Numbered from the stretch's first letter, positions 17,480 through 26,083 are shown. The stretch is DNA of 42,892 bases from Methanosarcinales archaeon (GCA_021159385.1 JAGGRW010000191.1:1-42892); one strand, 5' to 3'. Notes: generated by a model not told the origin, from the letters alone. A program made the numbers and translations.

Positions 17480-20400
17480 AGAACCAAGCCGAGTTCAGCG
17501 AAGGTGGATTGGACCGGGCGCACATTCATCGCGACCAAAACCTCTTCACATTTATTGTTATCAACAAAAACAGGATTCAAAATAACAAAATTCAATATTT
17601 CAGGACCATACGTCGTTAATAAACCCTCTCTCAAATTTATTCGTCCATAAGTTTCGCTTATCAGTATTCCAATTGTAGAATTTAAAATTAAACCCAGAGA
17701 CCATTTTTTGTATGGATCAAATTTTCCAACAAATACAACATCCCCAATTAACACATTGGCTTCATCTGGAAGTATAGGTGTCCAATTCCTCTTGTCACGG
17801 AACCGCAAAAAAAGATAATCTTGCTTTTCTTGCTTATTTAACTCCCACCACATCCCCCTGCTTGCACAAGTGGGTCTTTCATGGAAACCTTGAGATTCCC
17901 CCCATTCGATATATTTCAACGCCTTTGTCCCCACCAGTTCCTCTTTCGACTTATGACACATAAAAACTTTATACTTCAAATCCCCTGGATTAATCACAAT
18001 CGATTTACACTCCTTTGGTGACTTTATCACCGGTTTCAAAAACTCCTCTTCGATCTGCCATTTCTTCTGCGCCTCGTCATCGAGATAGAAAAACTCATTC
18101 GCCCCTGTCTTAATTCCGAATCGAACCTCCGCAATCTCCCCCAGCCTAACAAGCTTCCCTGCCCCCTTCTCAAGAATCGTAAAGAAAATATCCGGCGCCC
18201 GCAGGTACTTCCCGCCCCACTTGTTGCCAGCATATCTCCCTTTCCTGAACCGTCCCTGCTTCTTGTCATAATCTTCAGGATACTCCCAGCCATCCTCCAG
18301 AAGGGCACCCTGCCCGACAGGAAAGACACGGTACTCATCCGTTTTCACAATCTCGTCAGCCCGCTCCATCCTCAAAAGGTTTCCAACGTTCGATACTTCC
18401 TCAAACGGTTTTTTGAACATCACAAAACGGGCTGTATGCGACAGCAGGGGCCACTCGATGCCGCCTCTGTAATCCGGATCGTCCAGCCTGCTCTGGACCG
18501 ATCCTTCTTTGACGATGCCTCCTCTGATCACTGGCGCGCCGAAGAGCGCGATTACCGTGTTCACGTCCGCATGTTCGAAGCTGCGACTGACCTGATTGTC
18601 ATAGATGGCATGAATCGGCACATACTTCAGCAGAAACTCCTGCAATCCTTTTCCATAGTCCACATCCAGCCACGAGTTTGATGTGATGAAGCAGAACGTT
18701 CCACGGGGGTTCAGGAGCCCCAGCCCGTGGAAGTAGAAGTAAACGTAATAATCGCTCTTCTTGCTGATCTTCTCGACAACCGGAAAGAGCGCGGTAACTG
18801 ACCTGACAAGTTTGTCCTTGTATCCGGTTCGATCATCCTTTGTAATCTCTACCTTCATCCTATTCGGCGGGGAGATCTTCTCCTGCCTCACATACGGGGG
18901 GTTTCCAATCACGATATCAAAACCACCCTTCTCCCCAAAAATCTCCGAAAAAGCAATCTCCCATACAAAAGGCTTCTTCTCAGGAACTTCTATCTCTACC
19001 TTGACCTTTTCAAGCGTTTCCTTCTCTTCGACAAGTTTCTTTCTCTTGTTTCTGAGTTTCTCTTTCTCTTCTCTGGAAATACCGGTTTCATTTCCTGATA
19101 AATCCAGCTGTATGTGTTTGGATCTTTTGTCTATGTCCTCAACCTTCTCGTCTATCCCCCGGATCTGCTCATCCACAATCTCGATAAAGATCCGTATCTC
19201 TTCCTTTTCCAGCGCTTCCTTGGATTTGAACCTGGCATCAGGATAGTTGTGGTAATATTTCTCTTTTTCAGCTTTTAGAGCATTCAGTTTCTTTTTGATG
19301 ATAGGCGTTGCATCAGCATCCCTCAAATGGAGATTGATACCCCCGATCTCCTGTACCAGAGAATCCCCAACCCTCAGATTCATGTTCAGATTCGGAAGAA
19401 GCGGACGAGTCTTCAGATCCTTCGGTTTAAGATCCGCCTCCACGATCAGTTGAAGCCACAGTCTCAACTCTGCAGCATGTACAGCCCACGGCATCACATC
19501 CACACCGTAAATGGACTTTCCGATGATCCCTTTTTTGATATCAAAATCTGTACGTTGAAGACCAATATTTTTGTATACTTCCCTGTACAGTTCTGTCAGG
19601 GCAATAAGATGACCTACGAGAAAAGCACCTGAACCGCAGGCGGGGTCTACAATGGAGAGATTCTCAAGTACGTCTTCAAGTGTGTGCCACATCCTCTGGT
19701 CTGTGAAGAATTTTCTGGACTTCTCTTTCTCTGCGTCAAAAACAAAATCATAGATGATCTCTCTGGGAACGTCATCGAGATGCTTTGCAAGGAATTCGGT
19801 GATGGTTCTGCGAACCATGAAATCTACTTCAACCCGTGGAGTGTAGAAGATGCCCATATCATTTCGGTCGTAAATCTCTTCGGCGACGTTTGCCAGCGAC
19901 TCATAAACATATCCTATCATCTGCGGGTCAACTGCAACTTCAACATCCAGTGGAACATCTTCTTTGATTGTAAAGTTGTATTTATTGTAAAAACCCATAA
20001 CATCGCTGATAAATTCATCTTCGAGGGAAATACCGAGTTTATCCTGATCAGTTTCCTTGAAAAGACCGCCGTTCAGGAATGGCGTTGCTCTCAAAACCTT
20101 CTTTACTTCTTCAGGCAGGTTTTCCGAGTCAAAGAATATATTGTTGAACGATTCAAAGAAAAGCACACCGAGCCAGTCTTTGTAAAAACTGTCTTTCTCT
20201 GTTTGACCATCTCGCACCCCTTTTTTATACAAACCCCAGAACCAATCCATAAATTTCGGATCGTTGTTCAGCCATCTTTTTTTGGAGATGAAATATATGA
20301 ACATTGTCCGGTTGAGGAACTGGAGGGTGAATTCATGGGCGTCTTTTGTCGAGATACTGCCATCAACGAGATGGTTTCTGATTCGGAAGAATCGTTTCTT

Positions 20401-20976
20401 GTAATCCTCAAAGAATTCGTCTGTTACCCTTGAAACACTAAAAGCCTTTTTCCAGCCCAGCCATGCGTCCCTCCAGTTATTCCAGTCTTTATTGAATCTA
20501 AGTTTTGCAACCGTATCTATATCGGTGTAGTACAGTTCCTGTTTATTTAAGAGAAGTTTTGACAATTTTAGCTTATGCTTTCCGATTTTCACCTTTTCAA
20601 ATTCCGGGAATACGAATAACAGTTCGCTGTAGTCTACAGTAAAAATGATCAATAGCCTGAGGTATCGCTCTGCAAACACCTTTGAGATATATCTTACAAA
20701 GGAAGGACTCATAGATTCGGTCTCTACAAGAAATACAGGAAGTTTATCATCCAGACTCAATATCGTGTAAATATCTTTAATTTTGGCTTTTTCGTCTTTG
20801 GCAAAATCGAAACCCTCGATATCTCGTTTAAAAGACGGGTCGAGGATAGAACTTTGAGGGTAATCCAGGTCTCTGAATAGGTTAAATAGATCGTCAGGAG
20901 ATGTGATCCTCTCGATTTTGTCTCTTATCTGGTATCGGAAGTCCGTATCGAGAGTTTTCTTCGGGTGTTTCTCCAT
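17461..20976 (-). CDS. Large N6-adenine DNA methyltransferase (Eco57I/type IIG/PglX-like architecture) with a C-terminal specificity-like region
   Basis: 1171 aa. SAM motif I IVDPACGSGAFLVG lies upstream of motif IV VIGNPPYVRQE. Family-typical helix FLNRTMFIYFISKKRWL. A coiled, K/E-rich insert separates the motifs. I could not identify a clear PD-(D/E)xK nuclease motif. Confidence 0.85.
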   Translation of the reverse strand: MEKHPKKTLDTDFRYQIRDKIERITSPDDLFNLFRDLDYPQSSILDPSFKRDIEGFDFAKDEKAKIKDIYTILSLDDKLPVFLVETESMSPSFVRYISKVFAERYLRLLIIFTVDYSELLFVFPEFEKVKIGKHKLKLSKLLLNKQELYYTDIDTVAKLRFNKDWNNWRDAWLGWKKAFSVSRVTDEFFEDYKKRFFRIRNHLVDGSISTKDAHEFTLQFLNRTMFIYFISKKRWLNNDPKFMDWFWGLYKKGVRDGQTEKDSFYKDWLGVLFFESFNNIFFDSENLPEEVKKVLRATPFLNGGLFKETDQDKLGISLEDEFISDVMGFYNKYNFTIKEDVPLDVEVAVDPQMIGYVYESLANVAEEIYDRNDMGIFYTPRVEVDFMVRRTITEFLAKHLDDVPREIIYDFVFDAEKEKSRKFFTDQRMWHTLEDVLENLSIVDPACGSGAFLVGHLIALTELYREVYKNIGLQRTDFDIKKGIIGKSIYGVDVMPWAVHAAELRLWLQLIVEADLKPKDLKTRPLLPNLNMNLRVGDSLVQEIGGINLHLRDADATPIIKKKLNALKAEKEKYYHNYPDARFKSKEALEKEEIRIFIEIVDEQIRGIDEKVEDIDKRSKHIQLDLSGNETGISREEKEKLRNKRKKLVEEKETLEKVKVEIEVPEKKPFVWEIAFSEIFGEKGGFDIVIGNPPYVRQEKISPPNRMKVEITKDDRTGYKDKLVRSVTALFPVVEKISKKSDYYVYFYFHGLGLLNPRGTFCFITSNSWLDVDYGKGLQEFLLKYVPIHAIYDNQVSRSFEHADVNTVIALFGAPVIRGGIVKEGSVQSRLDDPDYRGGIEWPLLSHTARFVMFKKPFEEVSNVGNLLRMERADEIVKTDEYRVFPVGQGALLEDGWEYPEDYDKKQGRFRKGRYAGNKWGGKYLRAPDIFFTILEKGAGKLVRLGEIAEVRFGIKTGANEFFYLDDEAQKKWQIEEEFLKPVIKSPKECKSIVINPGDLKYKVFMCHKSKEELVGTKALKYIEWGESQGFHERPTCASRGMWWELNKQEKQDYLFLRFRDKRNWTPILPDEANVLIGDVVFVGKFDPYKKWSLGLILNSTIGILISETYGRINLREGLLTTYGPEILNFVILNPVFVDNNKCEEVLVAMNVRPVQSTFAELGLVLWGRGR

Positions 20977-21241
20977 ATTCTTCGCCCTCTCTACAGATTG
21001 AGGTTACGACGTCTTTAATGATGCTTTGCATAGAGCACGGTGAAAGTGAAATGCGTGATTATGCCCTTATGCCCTTGCGCGCATCGATCCCCCCTAATCT
21101 TACAGGCAGCCTCCCAGAGCCATGTTTCCAGTGTTCTTATATCGAATTTGTTATCAGACATCCACGAAAACACCTTTTTGACCGAATGGTATTAAGCGCA
21201 TCCCATTTCGCAGTATCATTCCTCGTCCTGGCGATTTATCT

Positions 21242-22282
21242 TTAACCCCACGGCTCGAGCAGGCATGCCGGACACTGATCCACAAGTTCACAGTCCCCGC
21301 ATGATCTCGGGTCTTTGGAGCAGCCAGCACGCCTGAGATACTGCGCAGCGACTTCCGCTTCACCGTCGCTGCCCTCGTCGTCGTCGCCGCCACCGCCGCC
21401 ACTGCTGCTGGTTGAGGCTGGCACTCCCTGCGGATAATAGCCTGACCACGCAACATCGGTGAGCCCGATACCCCTGCACTGCTCAGTCAGATCCTCCATC
21501 ATATCCTGCCCCGGTCCGGGATGGTAGTATAGTATGAAATTCGGTCTGAACCCGATCAATCGATACGGTATCGACGGATCAAGGTCTGCGATGAATGATG
21601 CGATCTTCGTGATCTGGTGCTCGGTTATGCCCGGTATCACCACTGTTCTGAATACGCGGATCTCATCTCTTGCAACTTCTGCAAGGCTCCTCGCATTCCT
21701 GAGAACGGGCCCAGATGGCGCGCCTGTCAGCATCCGGTGTACATCGTCGTCATACGCCTTGATCTCATAAGAGATCGACGTTGATATATCAGCCACCCGC
21801 CGGAGCGTCTTAGGTGTACAGAAACCATTGGTTGCGATTCCGACGCCGATATCCGGATAACGTTCTCGCATCTCCCGAACCACCTCCTCGATGTAGGGCA
21901 TATTGATCGTCGGCTCGCCTCCCGTGAAACTGATCTTGTCGGTGTCCGGCAACATTTTGGACATCGCCTCCGCCGCGAGCGCATCCGGCGCCACATAGCC
22001 CCGGTAGAACCAGTTCGCATCAGGATACTGCGATATTCTGTATGCGTTGCAGTAGATGCACCGGAAAGAGCATCCGAGCATGGTGACTGCGTAACTATGA
22101 AGCGTCTTTGAGAGCATCGTGTATGCGATATGTGGCATGCCTGCCCTACACACGCCATGCTCGCCTTCGAGCCGGTTTGTCCCGCATCGCCATTCGCAGA
22201 GATTGCACCTCGTAAATTCGGATAGGTATTGCATTATTCGCGATTTCACTCCTTGTTGGGTGTTGAAATACGTTGTGGTCAT
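21242..22282 (-). CDS. Radical SAM enzyme (PflA/activase-like) with an acidic/Gly linker and a C-terminal Cys cluster
   Basis: CxxxCxxC in LGCSFRCIYCNAY. N-terminal CNLCEWRCGTNRLEGEHGVC. C-terminal SSSGGGGGDDDEGSDGE, then C-x6-C-x2-C-x5-C-x2-C (CSKDPRSCGDCELVDQCPAC). Confidence 0.8.
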   Translation of the reverse strand: MTTTYFNTQQGVKSRIMQYLSEFTRCNLCEWRCGTNRLEGEHGVCRAGMPHIAYTMLSKTLHSYAVTMLGCSFRCIYCNAYRISQYPDANWFYRGYVAPDALAAEAMSKMLPDTDKISFTGGEPTINMPYIEEVVREMRERYPDIGVGIATNGFCTPKTLRRVADISTSISYEIKAYDDDVHRMLTGAPSGPVLRNARSLAEVARDEIRVFRTVVIPGITEHQITKIASFIADLDPSIPYRLIGFRPNFILYYHPGPGQDMMEDLTEQCRGIGLTDVAWSGYYPQGVPASTSSSGGGGGDDDEGSDGEAEVAAQYLRRAGCSKDPRSCGDCELVDQCPACLLEPWG

Positions 22283-22339
22283 GCGGATGTGGATGTGGCT
22301 ATGGGGGTGTGTGCGGATGCAGATGCCATGATAGAGCTG

Positions 22340-24187
22340 TCAACTCAACTGCGCATGGAGCCGTATGATGTCGGATTTCGTGAGAATCCCGACCACCTTC
22401 CTGGGATCACTGGAATCGACCACCGGAAGCCTTCCGATGTCGTTTAGAACCAGTTTGCGCAGCGCGTCCTCAAGCGACTCATCCGGATACGTCACAAGCA
22501 CCGTCGTCGCCATGACCTCTTCCACGCGCACAACCTCGCGATCCTCGGGCGGCACCTGCTCCGCATCCCTGAACGTGACAACTCCGACGAGGCAACCTTC
22601 GTCGATCACGGGGTACCCGATGTGCCCGTACTTGTCGATCAGGTTGAGCACCGTCTGAACGCTGTTTAACGGGTGCACGGACATGACGTCAACATGCATT
22701 GCATCGTGAACAGTTGCACCCTCCAAAATGTCAATCGTCAGTTCCTCGCGGTGCGCCGGCGAATCCACCCTCGCTGGTACCTGTTTCTCGTAGATCGTCC
22801 AGTTGCTTGAAACAAGATACGCAAGGGTCGAGGCGAACATCAAGGGCGGCAGCAGATTGTAATTTCCTGTGAGTTCTGAGACCATGACAATCGCAGCGAT
22901 CGGAACGTGCGCAACACCAGCAAGCATCGCTGCCATCCCGATCAAGACGAACGATGTCGCCTGCAACTCGCCGATTATCCCGGGGAAGAGCGCGTGCGCC
23001 AGTATCCCGAACGCGCCACCGAGTGTGCCACCGATCGCGAGCGATGGTGCGAAGACACCACCACTGCCACCGGAACCAAGTGTGAACGACGTGGCAAGCA
23101 TCTTGGCTATGACAAGCAGTACCAGAACTTCCAACGTCAGTGTTCCATCGATTGCGGATTGTATCGACTCATAGCCCCCTCCAAAGATCTCGTAGCCGGA
23201 TCCGCAGGTCTGCTGCATGAACAGGACGAGCAGCCCAAGCAGGAGACCGCCGATCATCGGCTTAACGTAATTCGGTATCCTGAGTGCTCCGAAGAAGTCG
23301 CGCATTCCGTGAAACGTCTTGATATGCACGATTCCGACGAGACCGCAGAGGATGCCGAGCAATGCATCGAAGATCAGTTCGGATGGATGGGTGAACGTGT
23401 ACTCAGGAGTTATGAAGAGAGAACCCCAGCCAAAGATTGAGGAGAAGACCGTGTACGCGATTATCGATGATATGAACGCAGGAACAAGCGATTCAAACTC
23501 CGAATCACGTTTATACAGCACACTGATTGCGAATAGAGCACCTCCGAACGGTGCACGAAAGACGCTACCGATCCCGCCTGCCGCACCACATATCAGCATC
23601 ATCCTGCGACCCTTGTCGTCGAGTTTCAGTTTATCTGCAAGATATGACCCGAAACCGGCACCGATCTGCGTGATCGGTCCTTCTCTCCCCGCGCTCCCGC
23701 CGGTGCTGATGGTGATCGTGGAGGCAATCGTCTTGACGATCGGAATCCTGCTTTGGATTACTCCTTTATTCTGATGATATGAATCGATCGCCGCATCGGT
23801 TCCCTCGCCCACCGCCTCCGGCGCATACAGATACGTGATGATGCCAACAACAATCCCACCTATGGCTGGCAGTCCTACGAGAAACCACGTGTGTGGGTCC
23901 GCAAGCGCGCCGGGCGGTGCGACTATGGATATCGGCAGTAGCGAATGCTCGCAACCGGTTGGGGTGCAGTAGTAATGCCCGATGCCTCCGAGTACCCAGT
24001 GCGACACAATGCATAGCAGCGCGTAGAAGATCGCAGCGCACCCACCGGAAGCCAGACCGATCAGGATGCTGTACGGAACCCAGTGTTCAATGTAGTCGAG
24101 ATTGAGTTTGCGCAGGTGATCCATAGCGATTACCGACGACATCTTCCTGCGATTCTTCAATTGCGATCCCTCAATATATAGCTGCAA
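22340..24187 (-). CDS. ClC-family chloride channel/antiporter with a C-terminal CBS pair
   Basis: GSAGREGPITQIG and GGSGGVFAPSL selectivity motifs, about 10 or more TM helices, two CBS-like repeats at the C-terminus. The track start at 24187 is TTG; ATG at 24142 (MSSVIAMDHL) is an alternative. Confidence 0.88.
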   Translation of the reverse strand: MQLYIEGSQLKNRRKMSSVIAMDHLRKLNLDYIEHWVPYSILIGLASGGCAAIFYALLCIVSHWVLGGIGHYYCTPTGCEHSLLPISIVAPPGALADPHTWFLVGLPAIGGIVVGIITYLYAPEAVGEGTDAAIDSYHQNKGVIQSRIPIVKTIASTITISTGGSAGREGPITQIGAGFGSYLADKLKLDDKGRRMMLICGAAGGIGSVFRAPFGGALFAISVLYKRDSEFESLVPAFISSIIAYTVFSSIFGWGSLFITPEYTFTHPSELIFDALLGILCGLVGIVHIKTFHGMRDFFGALRIPNYVKPMIGGLLLGLLVLFMQQTCGSGYEIFGGGYESIQSAIDGTLTLEVLVLLVIAKMLATSFTLGSGGSGGVFAPSLAIGGTLGGAFGILAHALFPGIIGELQATSFVLIGMAAMLAGVAHVPIAAIVMVSELTGNYNLLPPLMFASTLAYLVSSNWTIYEKQVPARVDSPAHREELTIDILEGATVHDAMHVDVMSVHPLNSVQTVLNLIDKYGHIGYPVIDEGCLVGVVTFRDAEQVPPEDREVVRVEEVMATTVLVTYPDESLEDALRKLVLNDIGRLPVVDSSDPRKVVGILTKSDIIRLHAQLS

Positions 24188-24227
24188 CTGAAGATATTTA
24201 AGGGCGTTGGGATCGCTGCATCTGTCG

Positions 24228-24273
24228 ATCCGGCATCCTCTGCCAATCCGGCATCCTCTGCCAATCCGGCATC
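24228..24273. repeat. 18-bp tandem repeat (atccggcatcctctgcca), 2 full copies plus a partial copy, in the divergent ClC / PEL-CTERM gene intergenic region
   Basis: Identical units at 24228-24245 and 24246-24263; the third copy matches for 10 nt (24264-24273). Confidence 0.8.
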
Positions 24274-24450
24274 ATCCGAGTTAGGTCTCGAGAAACCCGC
24301 GCCGCCATGCGCCGTGCGCCACGCGGATGGGGTATAGTGGATTTGCGAAGTGCCTGCGGGCGGACGAACCGAAATGCTTATGAACGATTGAGTGGATTAG
24401 TTTGTATCGAGATCACTGCTGGTCTCGGTGAGGGTAGGGAGGAAAGAAAG

Positions 24451-24993
24451 ATGAAAAGATATCGACAGATGACAGTGTTATCGCTTTTGATGACACTGGT
24501 TGTGGCTGGTGGTGCCAGCGCGATGGTTGCGCCAGCCAGTTCGAGCGAGATACGTGTAGAGCCTATGGAACAGACGATAGTCCCTGGAACAACTGGTGTT
24601 TATACGGTTTCTGTGAGAACGAGTGCAGTTGGAGAATGGCATTCCATCTGGTTCAATACGCAGAATGGCAAATTGCTTGCGAAGATGACCGCGGACACTG
24701 AGCCGATGGGTGTTGCACCAATGCCCGAAACCACGTCGTGTGCACCAACCGCTTCAATCGCGTGGAAGCCAGAGGACGCAGGCGAGTGGTACACGTTTAC
24801 GCTGGAGGTCACACCGGACGAGGATATGGAACAGGGCACGGATTGTTCTATTGTAGTAAGCGATGATGGAACCGATAGCAGTGTACATGCCCAGATCACT
24901 GCGTCGGCAAATCCGGCTCCGGAGCTTCCCACCATCGCGCTTGTCGGCATCGGGCTTGTCGGCCTGGTTGCGCTTGGAAGACGGAAGAGGTGA
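24451..24993 (+). CDS. Secreted protein with a PEF-CTERM-like (PELPT) archaeosortase-type C-terminal sorting signal
   Basis: ORF 24307..24993; the likely start is ATG 24451, preceded by gggagg. Signal peptide MKRYRQMTVLSLLMTLVVAGGASA. C-terminus is PAPELPTIALVGIGLVGLVALGRRKR (motif + TM + basic tail). Confidence 0.75.
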   Translation: MKRYRQMTVLSLLMTLVVAGGASAMVAPASSSEIRVEPMEQTIVPGTTGVYTVSVRTSAVGEWHSIWFNTQNGKLLAKMTADTEPMGVAPMPETTSCAPTASIAWKPEDAGEWYTFTLEVTPDEDMEQGTDCSIVVSDDGTDSSVHAQITASANPAPELPTIALVGIGLVGLVALGRRKR

Positions 24994-25217
24994 AGGCAGA
25001 CGCCTTCGCCACCACCTTTTTATTTTTTGTGGTAATGGCAGATAGACAGGTCATGCATGTGTGGCGCGATAATTCAAAAGGTTTATAAAGGATTCGGTTG
25101 ACCACTGTTGGTATTGGGTGAACGTGACCCGGTATGGAGGTAATTATGAACCGAACGGGATATACTGATAAACTGGAGTCTGGCAAGAGTTTTGAAGTTT
25201 GTAGGGGCGGTGCCGCG

Positions 25218-25793
25218 ATGAGACTCAATCGACTGATCATTTCGATCGTTGTGGCGGCGGTTGTTTTATCAGCATTGCCGTCGAGCGCGTCGTCAGAAGT
25301 TACGTGCTGCTCACCTCCAAATGTGATTTCGTGCGATGCGGACGGCAATCAGAAAGAAGAGTTCGTCACGGGCGATTCGGTATATATAACCGCTACAGGT
25401 CTCAGGAGTAATGGGTGGTATTATGTTATTATACAGGATCATCTGGTGGGTGATGGTGATAGTTTCAATATCAGTGAGGATCCTTCTGACGCGTGGTGGC
25501 ATGAGCACCCATGGACAAAAGTGGACTTCTTCATAACTAACAGCAGTGGTTGTAGTGAATCCCCGATCCTGATCTGGGGCAGCATTCCGCATGGCAACCA
25601 AAAGACGTATGACATCGTTGTAAATGCATTTGGCATATCCCCCTTCTTAACATATAACGACAGTATTGACGGTCTTGACTCCGTCGGCGTCAGCGGTGGC
25701 GGCGGCTTCGTAGCACCAGTCCCGGAACTTCCGACCATCATCCTCACAGCAATCGGACTGATCGGCGCAATCGCACTCGGGAGACGAAGATAA
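25218..25793 (+). CDS. Secreted protein with a PEF-CTERM-like (PELPT) C-terminal sorting signal
   Basis: ORF 25134..25793; the likely start is ATG 25218 (MRLNRLIISIVVAAVVLSALPSSASS). C-terminus is PVPELPTIILTAIGLIGAIALGRRR. Confidence 0.75.
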   Translation: MRLNRLIISIVVAAVVLSALPSSASSEVTCCSPPNVISCDADGNQKEEFVTGDSVYITATGLRSNGWYYVIIQDHLVGDGDSFNISEDPSDAWWHEHPWTKVDFFITNSSGCSESPILIWGSIPHGNQKTYDIVVNAFGISPFLTYNDSIDGLDSVGVSGGGGFVAPVPELPTIILTAIGLIGAIALGRRR

Positions 25794-25797
25794 CCAC

Positions 25798-26031
25798 ATG
25801 TTGACAGTAACCACCCTCGCAAACGTGCAGCACATCCTTGCAATCGAACAGATCGCGATAGGTGGCATGTTAGCCACGATCTCCCTGATCGCATCGCTCT
25901 CTGTTGCCGAGATCATGGTTGAGTCGAAGTGGTGGAACAGGTGGGCATCGAGCACGCTTGAGATGCACAACATCCCGCTCCTCCTCGTCTTCTCTGCGAT
26001 CGTCATCTTCAAGGTGCTGATGGTTCTGTAG
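25798..26031 (+). CDS. Possible small membrane protein (77 aa)
   Basis: Starts 5 nt after the preceding stop. Two hydrophobic segments (IGGMLATISLIASLSVA; IPLLLVFSAIVIFKVLMVL). Followed by oligo-T tracts. No homology recognised. Confidence 0.35.
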   Translation: MLTVTTLANVQHILAIEQIAIGGMLATISLIASLSVAEIMVESKWWNRWASSTLEMHNIPLLLVFSAIVIFKVLMVL

Positions 26032-26083
26032 CGCGTGAAATGACAGAATCGGGAATGTTGCCGTTTTAAACGGTAATCCCCCC

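Larger units (their letters stand above)
11616..21241. other. Low-GC accessory (defence-type) island between the core genes priS and a radical SAM gene
   Basis: Hand GC counts are 25/60 (12601-12660) and 24/60 (13741-13800) inside. Flanking core gives 35/60 (7001-7060), 39/60 (10501-10560) and 31/60 (22801-22860). It contains one seven-gene operon. I found no flanking direct repeats or integrase. Confidence 0.6.

Noticed and set aside
17461-17480. Programmed -1 ribosomal frameshift joining the 1171-aa and 106-aa ORFs
   Set aside because: The overlap (ctt tgg ggg agg ggg) does not form an X_XXY_YYZ slippery heptamer in the zero frame. The two ORFs also carry paralogous copies of the same 46-48 aa segment, so a simple fusion would duplicate that segment. 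Recombination or a split gene is the more economical reading.
19684-20433. 249-aa plus-strand ORF inside the methyltransferase gene (also 18761..19246 and 14382..14761 inside neighbouring genes)
   Set aside because: It is antisense to long ORFs with canonical MTase/SNF2 motifs. The composition is Ile/Phe/Ser-rich, as expected from the antisense of K/E-rich AT-rich coding sequence.
20550-20976. N-terminal PD-(D/E)xK nuclease domain in the 1171-aa methyltransferase (which would make it a complete type IIG enzyme)
   Set aside because: I could not find a convincing D...(D/E)xK arrangement in the first ~150 residues by eye (candidates such as DDKLPVFLVETES lack the Lys). This is left open for profile or structure searches.
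11616-21241. Calling the island a DISARM, BREX or classical Type I/III R-M locus
   Set aside because: The defining partners are missing. There is no DrmA/DrmB(DUF1998), no PglZ/BrxC/BrxL, no HsdS/HsdR or Res-type gene. Only the methylase, SNF2 and PLD parts are shared, so I report it as unclassified rather than force a name.
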